IMG/VR virus record: IMGVR_UViG_3300009103_000001
Span: 62,001-126,000 of that record
Direction: 5' to 3' (one strand)
Length of the DNA: 64,000 nucleotides
Of the stretch, positions 48,065 through 55,800 are shown piece after piece. The stretch's first letter is position 1, and each line of letters starts with the position of its first letter. The notes beneath the pieces were generated by a model. The model had not been told where the DNA came from. It saw nothing but the letters and a program-made list of their open reading frames with translations, and did not search any database. The position numbers were made by a program, and so were the translations under genes.

Positions 48065-49888
48065 ATGGGATATTTATTAAAATCTGGTGAGGTTGGAAAT
48101 ATCGGACTTAAGCATCAAAAAGCTATCCGTGAAGCAACCGTAAACAAGTGGAATGACCTAGGATTTCTTGAAGGTTTAGATGGGCATGTTAAAGAAAACA
48201 TCGCTCTTCTTTACGAGAACCAAGCGTCAACACTTATTAATGAGACAACAGATACGGCTGGTGGAGCATCAACTGGTTCTTTTGAAACAGTAGTTTTTCC
48301 AATCGTAAGGCGTGTTTTCTCAAAATTGTTAGCAAACGACATCGTTTCTGTTCAAGCATTAAATTTACCAATAGGTAAACTTTTCTATTTCGTACCAAAA
48401 GTATCGGATAGAGTTGAGAGTACATCTCCATCTTTTGCTGGTGGAGCATCTGGTGCTACTGCATCACATGGAGCACCAATAATCTGTCACTGTAACACAA
48501 CAGACTGTAATCCTACGACTTACTCTGAATGTGCTAAAAATATGTATGATAGATTTTATGATGACGGAATGTGGGACCAATCAAAAGGTCAAATAATGTT
48601 ACACGTTGATAACGGTACTATGGTAGTGTTTACTGCTTGTACTGACGCAACACTTGGTGTTCCTCATGAATTCATTGGTGGTGTTACTGCACAAGCTGGT
48701 GACGGTTCTGTTAGAAGTCAAATTGTACAAATTTGTAACTTTAGTACAGCTGGAGCTGGTAGACTTTTAGGTCCTGATGGAAATGAAATGGATACTGAAT
48801 CTTTCTTAGCATCAATTGCTGTTACACCTACTGGTACTTTAGTTGATAAAGATGGTTTAACAATTGCTGAGGCTGGTGACCAATTACCAGTTAGAGTTGT
48901 TACACAAAAATATGGTAGAGGTATCGTTTCTTATGGTGATATTTGTGACGCTGAAGGATGTATATTCTTAGAAGTTGATTTAACTCACCCAGTATGTGTA
49001 GAATGTGGTGATGGTACTTTCGATGGTTATATCGGAGCAGCATCTGGAACAACAGCTATTGTATCTGGTGTAGGTTCTAGTGACTTAGGAGGTGTAAACC
49101 TAGCAGTTACTTGGAGGTCTTACCAAGACCTTGAAGAAGAGTGTGAAATGGGAGAAGTATCTTTCGAACTTGATTCTGTTACAGTATCGGTTACTGAAAG
49201 AAAATTAAGAGCTACTTGGACTCCTGAATTAGCACAAGATGTGTCAGCGTTCCATAACATTGATGCAGAAGCTGAATTAACAGCATTACTTTCTGAACAA
49301 GTTGCAGCAGAAATCGACAGGGAAATCCTTAGAGATTTAAGAACTGGGGCGGCTTGGACATTAAGATGGGATTATAACGGATGGAAAAGGTTACCAAATA
49401 ACAACGGTTACACTCAAAAAGATTGGAACCAAACGTTGATTACAGCGGTTAACCAAATTTCAGCTCAAATCCATAAGTCTACTCTTAGGGGTGGTGCTAA
49501 CTTCGTAGTTGTATCTTCTGAGGTATCAGCCATTATGGATGACCTTGAATACTTCCACGTATCTAACGCAGCTCCAGAACAAGACCAATACAATATGGGT
49601 ATTGAAAGAGCTGGTTCTCTTGGTGGACGTTACACTGTATACCGTGACCCTTACGCTCCAGCACACTCGGTGTTAGTTGGACACAAAGGTAAATCACTAT
49701 TGGATACTGGGTATATTTACGCTCCGTATGTACCATTACAGTTAACTCCAACAATGTACAATCCATTTAACTTTGTACCTATCAAAGGTATAATGACGCG
49801 TTACGCGAAAAAGATGGTTAATAACAGGTTCTACGGACATATCCGTGTGGACGGTTTACGTACATTTGATGTTAGAGAATTGAGATAA
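48065..49888 (+). CDS. Major capsid protein (T4 gp23-like) with Cys-rich insertion
   Basis: PIVRRVF..LLANDIVSVQ, RKLRATWTPELAQD, EIDREI, YAPYVPLQ and GIMTRY. Confidence 0.95.
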   Translation: MGYLLKSGEVGNIGLKHQKAIREATVNKWNDLGFLEGLDGHVKENIALLYENQASTLINETTDTAGGASTGSFETVVFPIVRRVFSKLLANDIVSVQALNLPIGKLFYFVPKVSDRVESTSPSFAGGASGATASHGAPIICHCNTTDCNPTTYSECAKNMYDRFYDDGMWDQSKGQIMLHVDNGTMVVFTACTDATLGVPHEFIGGVTAQAGDGSVRSQIVQICNFSTAGAGRLLGPDGNEMDTESFLASIAVTPTGTLVDKDGLTIAEAGDQLPVRVVTQKYGRGIVSYGDICDAEGCIFLEVDLTHPVCVECGDGTFDGYIGAASGTTAIVSGVGSSDLGGVNLAVTWRSYQDLEEECEMGEVSFELDSVTVSVTERKLRATWTPELAQDVSAFHNIDAEAELTALLSEQVAAEIDREILRDLRTGAAWTLRWDYNGWKRLPNNNGYTQKDWNQTLITAVNQISAQIHKSTLRGGANFVVVSSEVSAIMDDLEYFHVSNAAPEQDQYNMGIERAGSLGGRYTVYRDPYAPAHSVLVGHKGKSLLDTGYIYAPYVPLQLTPTMYNPFNFVPIKGIMTRYAKKMVNNRFYGHIRVDGLRTFDVRELR

Positions 49889-49910
49889 GAATCTTAATAT
49901 ATAACAAACT

Positions 49911-49940
49911 AAAGGAGGAACATATGTTCCTCCTTTTTTT
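49911..49940 (+). terminator. Intrinsic terminator after the capsid gene
   Basis: aaaggaggaaca/tgttcctccttt stem plus T-tract. Confidence 0.85.
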
Positions 49941-49972
49941 ATGCACTAAACTATTTATAATAAAACAATAAA

Positions 49973-50140
49973 ATGCCGTATAAAGTAAAAGGTAAATGTG
50001 TTTATAATGCCAATACTGATGAGAAAGTAGGTTGTACTAAGGGTTCAGTCAAAAAATATCTTGCCGCATTAAATGCTAATGTGGATGAAAATATTATTAA
50101 AAAAGTTGTACAGGAAACCTTTAAAAGGGTTGGCATTTAA
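49973..50140 (+). CDS. Small basic Cys-containing late protein (55 aa)
   Basis: MPYKVKGKCVYNANTDEKVGCTKGSVKKYLAALNANVDENIIKKVVQETFKRVGI*; TATTTATA at 49952; missed by the ORF track. Confidence 0.7.
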   Translation: MPYKVKGKCVYNANTDEKVGCTKGSVKKYLAALNANVDENIIKKVVQETFKRVGI

Positions 50141-50368
50141 TTTTATAAAAATAAAATACGTGAAACAGTTTTTTTTATTTTTTTCTTGATACGTATTCTT
50201 CTTATACGTGAAACTCTATTTTCAATTTCGAATAACTTACTTATGTTATCGTTAATTTCTATTATTTCTTTTCTTTTTTTCATAATGCATTAAGTATTAA
50301 ATATCAAATAATTCTCAAAAGTATCAAAAATTTAATAATAAAACAAGATATTTATAAAAAAGATTTTA

Positions 50369-50803
50369 ATGAAAATTAAAAAAATCATAAAAACTATTTT
50401 GGAATCAGAATTTGACTGGGTTAAAGATTCTGTTTTACATTTTTGGGATATGAATAAAAAATATGTTGTGGATGTTTCAAAGTTAGAAAGATACCCACCA
50501 ATGAGTCTTTCACCAACTTCTGATAGGTATACAGATATATTTATATCAGATATTATAGATTATGGTAAAGAAATAGGGTATGATATAACGGATTTAGGTA
50601 GTACAGCTGATATACAACAACGAGTGCAAGGTTCTTATACCGTTCCTCATGATGTATGTTATATATATTTTAATCCAAACAAATTTGTAGAGTGGGATAT
50701 GTGTGGTATAGACGACCCAACTTGGGATGGTGAATATGAGTTAATGGATGCGGAGAGTTTTATTTATTATATGGAGAATAATTTTATTAAGAATGAACAT
50801 TAA
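50369..50803 (+). CDS. Leader-B cargo protein (MKIKKIIKTILESEFDW)
   Basis: GATATTTATA at 50347. Confidence 0.8.
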   Translation: MKIKKIIKTILESEFDWVKDSVLHFWDMNKKYVVDVSKLERYPPMSLSPTSDRYTDIFISDIIDYGKEIGYDITDLGSTADIQQRVQGSYTVPHDVCYIYFNPNKFVEWDMCGIDDPTWDGEYELMDAESFIYYMENNFIKNEH

Positions 50804-51842
50804 AAAAATTATAAGAGAAGAGTTGGACGATTTTGATTGGGCTAGGGATGATATCTACTTTTCAATAGACTATATTCTAGGTAAACAGATGTATTTTAGG
50901 CATAGTAATATAAATGAACTTGAAAGAGAATATAAAGCTTATAACAATGACAGAATACAACAAATACCAAAAAATAAAATAGTCTTAGGTAATATTAAGT
51001 GGACTAGTATGTTTACGGCAAATTATGTTAAAAATAATATAGCACACATCTATTTACAAGACAGCACTAGTTTACAATATTCAGTGGATATGGTTGAATT
51101 TTATGTAAATAGTGGTATATGGGCTTTAGAGGATGATAATGGTAATATTATTAATGATTTCTCTGGCCAATATTTAAAAGAATCAGAGTTGGATTGGATT
51201 CAAAAATCTGAACCAGATAGAAAAGATATTAGAAGTTTCAATAAAGAAAGGTATAAAACCACTCTTAATTATAATAATGCTGAAATAGGGGATAAATTTA
51301 TCCCACCTGGTAGTCATATGGTATGGACCGTTGATGATAAAGAATTTTGGCGTGGCAAATGGGGTAATGACGAAAATGGAGACCCTGAATATTATAGATA
51401 TTTTATTATATGGATAAAAAATGAGAGGGGTGACCTCAAAAGAAAGTATTATAATAAAACGAATAAATTATTTCCAGGTACTTATAGACCTTGGAGAAAA
51501 ATAGTTGACTCTAATATTAATGAATCGAAAGAGTTTGATTGGGCAAAAGAAATTAAACCTGAAATGACTGCTGAAGCTGTACCACTATATTATAATAAAC
51601 CTCTTTTTTGGTATCATCGGGGTGAACCTAGGCAATGTTGGGGGATGCCTACCATTTATTGGTTATCAAAAAGTTATGTCACTGAAAGGGGTGAAAATAT
51701 ATCTTTATTATGTTATGATGACGGATGTGATGTAGAATCAAAAATTGAATGTAGTGCATTTTATGACTATACAATTGCTAATATGTTTAATGAGGGGACA
51801 CTTAGATTTCAATCACAGTTAAGTGATATTGAACCAACTTAA
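50793..51842 (+). CDS. Putative three-module polyprotein (MNIKKIIREELDDFDW; LKESELDW; INESKEFDW)
   Basis: Start moved to ATG 50793; internal linkers at 51174 and 51516. Confidence 0.8.
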   Translation: MNIKKIIREELDDFDWARDDIYFSIDYILGKQMYFRHSNINELEREYKAYNNDRIQQIPKNKIVLGNIKWTSMFTANYVKNNIAHIYLQDSTSLQYSVDMVEFYVNSGIWALEDDNGNIINDFSGQYLKESELDWIQKSEPDRKDIRSFNKERYKTTLNYNNAEIGDKFIPPGSHMVWTVDDKEFWRGKWGNDENGDPEYYRYFIIWIKNERGDLKRKYYNKTNKLFPGTYRPWRKIVDSNINESKEFDWAKEIKPEMTAEAVPLYYNKPLFWYHRGEPRQCWGMPTIYWLSKSYVTERGENISLLCYDDGCDVESKIECSAFYDYTIANMFNEGTLRFQSQLSDIEPT

Positions 51843-52205
51843 AAAACGTTTCCAGAGTGGTTTAGTTTTACCATATGATGTTTCGTATAAGGGAACCCAT
51901 TGTTCACCATTCCATGTAACTAAATGACCACTATCTTCATCAAATTTAACTCTGCCTTGATAATTAGGTAATTCAGCACTACCGGTTACAGTTAAATTAG
52001 ATATAGTAGTTTGTAGGTCATTTACTGTAATAGCCATACCACCATCGTTACCATTAATAAAAAGAGTGTTAGTTTGGTTAGGTTCCTCGAAGGGAATTTG
52101 AATTTGGCCGTTTTCAATAAAACCTCTTTGTCTAAGTGAAGTACCTATCACAACTTTAGCTTTACCACTTTTAAAATCGTGTTTTGCTATTATTTTTTTA
52201 AACAT
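51819..52205 (-). CDS. Hypothetical protein
   Basis: 128-aa ORF. Confidence 0.7.
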   Translation of the reverse strand: MFKKIIAKHDFKSGKAKVVIGTSLRQRGFIENGQIQIPFEEPNQTNTLFINGNDGGMAITVNDLQTTISNLTVTGSAELPNYQGRVKFDEDSGHLVTWNGEQWVPLYETSYGKTKPLWKRFLSWFNIT

Positions 52206-52225
52206 ATATTAATTATAATGATAGC

Positions 52226-52256
52226 AAAAAAAAAGGGAAGATTACTTCCCTTTTTT
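52226..52256. terminator. Intrinsic terminator (bidirectional type)
   Basis: aaaaaagggaag-atta-cttcccttttt. Confidence 0.75.
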
Positions 52257-52421
52257 ATAAACATCTAAATAAGATACCCCATATTTTCTGAGTTTCTCAC
52301 CCAAAGTGGCGTCATGAGGGTTTTCCTTGATTTCTTTAATAAAATGTTCTATAACATCCGAATAAAGTAAAACCAGTTCGTCTATATTAGATGTCGACCT
52401 TATTTTTTCTTTAAACGTCAT
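52242..52421 (-). CDS. Small protein with P-x-D-x-x-L-G-x-x-x-R motif (59 aa)
   Basis: MTFKEKIRSTSNIDELVLLYSDVIEHFIKEIKENPHDATLGEKLRKYGVSYLDVYKKGK*; ATGA-coupled to 52418. Confidence 0.65.
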   Translation of the reverse strand: MTFKEKIRSTSNIDELVLLYSDVIEHFIKEIKENPHDATLGEKLRKYGVSYLDVYKKGK

Positions 52422-53158
52422 TCTCTTATGCCTTTATTTTTAGCTACAACCATATTAGGTTCACCTTTTTCCATTTTTTCAGTTATGATATCCATAATTT
52501 CTGGTTTTACCATTCTATATACTTTTAGGGTATCAGTAACATTGAATTGTTTATCTTGAACATCCCAAATAGTCATACCATCTTTCTTATTTTTATCATT
52601 GTGGAAAGCCATTTTTGAGAAAACATTAGTTCTACAATCTTTATCTTTAACGGTTTTGTCTATTAAGAAAACTAAAACACCATTTTCAGTATATTGTTTG
52701 AAATAACGCCCATAGTTGTGGTCCTCACTTGATACACACCATTTTGTAGCTTTACCATACATGTTTGAACTACGTGTGGTAAGTGGTAAAATAACGACCC
52801 ATCTATCATCTTCATAAAGAACTTCTGTTTCCTTATTTTTAACTTCAGAACGAGTAATTTTTTCTTTGGCGAATTTAACAGCCTCTATAATGTCTTGGTT
52901 TGACTCATAAGAATATATGTCTTTATTTTCCAAAAGATTTCTTTCAGATAAATCTTCAAAATCTTTTATAACTTCAAACATTTCTTTAAAGGTTTCATTA
53001 TTAAGCTCATTATGAATCCAATCAACCCAATCCTTAGTTTGTTTAATCATGAAAGGTAAATATTTATTAGACTTTGTAGGGTCATTTTCAGATAAAACTT
53101 CTATTACATCAATAGAGTAAGTTGGGTGTTGTGCTTTAAGGTCTCTTTTTTTCGCCAT
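52418..53158 (-). CDS. Leaderless paralog of the YG-x-x-T-x-WC family
   Basis: NDPTKSNKYL, KDIYSY and LYEDDRWVVILPLTTRSSNMYGKATKWCVS. Confidence 0.85.
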   Translation of the reverse strand: MAKKRDLKAQHPTYSIDVIEVLSENDPTKSNKYLPFMIKQTKDWVDWIHNELNNETFKEMFEVIKDFEDLSERNLLENKDIYSYESNQDIIEAVKFAKEKITRSEVKNKETEVLYEDDRWVVILPLTTRSSNMYGKATKWCVSSEDHNYGRYFKQYTENGVLVFLIDKTVKDKDCRTNVFSKMAFHNDKNKKDGMTIWDVQDKQFNVTDTLKVYRMVKPEIMDIITEKMEKGEPNMVVAKNKGIRE

Positions 53159-53191
53159 TTGTATTATTTTTTTTTAGGTTTAAAACTTTAA

Positions 53192-53222
53192 CAAAGATAA
53201 TAATTTTTTTTAAACTATCAAA
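53192..53222 (-). promoter_or_regulatory. Bacteroidota-type promoter TTTG-N19-TATCTTTG
   Basis: Consensus match upstream of 53158. Confidence 0.6.
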
Positions 53223-53359
53223 CTATTTTATATTTTTTTTCGATTTTTCTCTAATTATTTTCCATATTGCTTAAGACAATATGGTTAATTACTTTATTCT
53301 TCAAATATAGACCAATTTTTTTAATTTAACAAGATATTTATTAAAAAAGATAATTTAAC

Positions 53360-53764
53360 ATGAAAAAGAAAGTAATTAAATTAAACGAAAACGATATAGA
53401 AAATTTGGTTAAGAAAATAATCAAAGAAGAAGATAAGGAAAAAGTGACAACTTTAACCAGACATCCAGCTTATCCAATTATAGATGAATTGGAAATGACT
53501 TTGGATGAGTTAAAAACAAAATTTAAAAGAGATATCGCAAATAGTGTTTCTGGAGCAGATGGATATCATAGTGAGATAGATACATTCGTGTCAAATTTTA
53601 ATAAATTTATTGGGAAAGTTTCTGATTTGAAAAGTAAGATAAATGACCATCAAATAGCGTCAAAAAAGAAACAAGAGTCAAACGCTCAAATGCAAGAAAG
53701 AAAAAGAGCTCATTGGGATAGAAAAGAAAAAGCTAGAAATGAGGGTAGTAAATACTCATATTAA
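53360..53764 (+). CDS. Leader-A cargo protein
   Basis: MKKKVIKLNENDIENLVKKIIKEE; GATATTTATT at 53333. Confidence 0.85.
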   Translation: MKKKVIKLNENDIENLVKKIIKEEDKEKVTTLTRHPAYPIIDELEMTLDELKTKFKRDIANSVSGADGYHSEIDTFVSNFNKFIGKVSDLKSKINDHQIASKKKQESNAQMQERKRAHWDRKEKARNEGSKYSY

Positions 53765-53777
53765 AGACGTTAAATCT

Positions 53778-54113
53778 GTGAAAAAGAAAATAATCAAATT
53801 AAACGAAAGTGATATTCAACGTATTGTTAAAAGAATAATAAGTGAAAATAGTGGAATGGATTTTTACTTAGAAGAACTTGGGGAGTTTGCCAATAACTTA
53901 GAATGGAATGATATATATGATGATGATGAGGACCTTAGAGATTATGATGTACATCAAGTAGAGGAAATAATACAACAAGCCAATGATGACGAATCCCTAA
54001 GTGATAATGAGTGGGATATCATTAGTGAATTTGGGCAAGCTATAATTAATAAGTTAACTGGCGAAAGTGGTGAAGAGGATTATCCGACAGACCAGAGAGA
54101 GTATTGGTCATAA
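53778..54113 (+). CDS. Leader-A acidic cargo protein
   Basis: GTG start at 53778: KKKIIKLNESDIQRIVKRIISE. Confidence 0.75.
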   Translation: MKKKIIKLNESDIQRIVKRIISENSGMDFYLEELGEFANNLEWNDIYDDDEDLRDYDVHQVEEIIQQANDDESLSDNEWDIISEFGQAIINKLTGESGEEDYPTDQREYWS

Positions 54114-54134
54114 CCTTTATATATATAAACACAT

Positions 54135-54431
54135 ATGAAAAAGAAAATAATCAAATTAAACGAAAAGGATATCGAAAGATTGGTAGAAAAAATCATTAAA
54201 GAAGAAAATGATATGTTAATGGGTGAAGACTCAGAAGGTGAAGAAACCTATAATTATGACCAAGATTTACATCATGATTCTGAAGAATTACATGATTTAG
54301 AACATAAACATGGTAGTAAAAGACATATCCGTAATTTAAAAAAGGATATGGATTATGATGAAAAAAGAGGTGTAGGTAAAAATGATAAGTGGAGAAGAGA
54401 AAGAGGTACCCACTTTAATAGAAGAAGTTAG
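54135..54431 (+). CDS. Leader-A cargo protein, His/charge-rich
   Basis: MKKKIIKLNEKDIERLVEKIIKEE. Confidence 0.8.
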   Translation: MKKKIIKLNEKDIERLVEKIIKEENDMLMGEDSEGEETYNYDQDLHHDSEELHDLEHKHGSKRHIRNLKKDMDYDEKRGVGKNDKWRRERGTHFNRRS

Positions 54432-54616
54432 TGAATAGACAAGATAAAATACAAAACATACTTAAAGCCAATAAAAGGTTATTAAAAGAAGACCATGAAA
54501 GTACCGATAAAGGTAAGATTGATTATATAAAAGGTGCTTTAGAAAATTTATCATCTGAGGATTTGGATAAGATTTATTTGTCAGTTGAAGAGTATGACCC
54601 AGAATATGAAAAATGA
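54431..54616 (+). CDS. Leader-C small cargo protein
   Basis: MNRQDKIQNILKANKRLLKE. Confidence 0.75.
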   Translation: MNRQDKIQNILKANKRLLKEDHESTDKGKIDYIKGALENLSSEDLDKIYLSVEEYDPEYEK

Positions 54617-55800
54617 GAAGGTTTGATAAAAATAAAAATATATTAGAAGCCAACTTAAGATTAGAAAGAGAATTTATTACCAGTAAATCTCTTTTATTAA
54701 GCACTACAACAAGTAATACATTTATTGAATCTTGTTTAAATAGCCAATATTTTAACGAAGATGAAAAATCTTTTATACTAGAAACAGTATTACCAAATCA
54801 AAAATTAATACAAGAAGGTGGTTGGGATTGGATTAAAGATAATATAATAGAACCCACAAAAAATGCCATAAAAAAAGGTGTAGATAAAGCAAAATCTTTT
54901 TACACTAAAATAAAAGAACTTATTTCTAATATTGGTAAATTTTTAAAAGAAATATGGTCATATATTATAAAGTTTGGTGAATGGTTGTGGGATAAGGTTT
55001 TTGGTATAGTTAAAAATAAAATTAATAAAAATAAAGCTAAGATTGAAAAAAAGTTAGAGGAATTTAAAAATTTACCACCACAAGAAAGAGACACAGAAAT
55101 AGAACAGTTAATCCAAACTGGAGAATTTTGGAAGGATAAGTCTGGTATTAGCACTATTTTAGGTACTTTTAATAGTGATGTTGAGGGCTCAATAAATAAA
55201 ATGAATTCTGGTAGTGAAGCTATAATGGAATATTGGTCACCTGAAGTTATAGACTTTTTTGGTAAAAGTAAAAAAATTCTAAAAGAAGGTAGTAGTAAAG
55301 CAATGAAAGTAGTGGAGTGGGTTGTTCAGGCTGTTAGTTGGGTTATAAAAATACCTCAAAAAGCTTTAGAATGGATTTTTAGTAAAGCGGCCCAAGGTAT
55401 ATTAATACTTTCTAGTATTGCAACTGAAAAGTTTGGTGGTCCTGGTCCATTCAAATTCCCAAATTTAAGTCATCTTATTGGAGCAACTTTACTTACTATA
55501 GCTGAGTCAATAGTTTTTTCACACACAGTTTTTCATACACATTTTAAAGGTAATTTTATTACAGATGTGATTGTAGGTTGGGAACATATCATGGAAGAGG
55601 TTTTAGGAAAAATCGCTGGTAGTTTTGTTAAACCACTTGTTGCAATCATATCGGGTATTGGTATTGTTTTAGGTATAATGGAGATGATTTTTGCTATTCA
55701 ACACATAAGAAAAGAAAAAGACTTATCACAATACGATAAAAAAGATTTAAATCAAGATGGTAAGGGTGATAGTTTCGATGAAAAATTAGCTACTAGTTAA
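54613..55800 (+). CDS. Leader-C protein with amphipathic and hydrophobic C-terminal helices
   Basis: MRRFDKNKNILEANLRLE; internal LIQEGGWDW and ILKE; TM-like segments. Confidence 0.8.
   Translation: MRRFDKNKNILEANLRLEREFITSKSLLLSTTTSNTFIESCLNSQYFNEDEKSFILETVLPNQKLIQEGGWDWIKDNIIEPTKNAIKKGVDKAKSFYTKIKELISNIGKFLKEIWSYIIKFGEWLWDKVFGIVKNKINKNKAKIEKKLEEFKNLPPQERDTEIEQLIQTGEFWKDKSGISTILGTFNSDVEGSINKMNSGSEAIMEYWSPEVIDFFGKSKKILKEGSSKAMKVVEWVVQAVSWVIKIPQKALEWIFSKAAQGILILSSIATEKFGGPGPFKFPNLSHLIGATLLTIAESIVFSHTVFHTHFKGNFITDVIVGWEHIMEEVLGKIAGSFVKPLVAIISGIGIVLGIMEMIFAIQHIRKEKDLSQYDKKDLNQDGKGDSFDEKLATS

Noticed and set aside
33595-49888. Introns or inteins in terminase, portal or capsid genes
   Set aside because: Frames are uninterrupted, sizes are ordinary and no intein or homing-endonuclease motifs were recognised
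50143-50283. 46-aa basic minus-strand ORF
   Set aside because: Short and low complexity with no recognisable motif; could be chance
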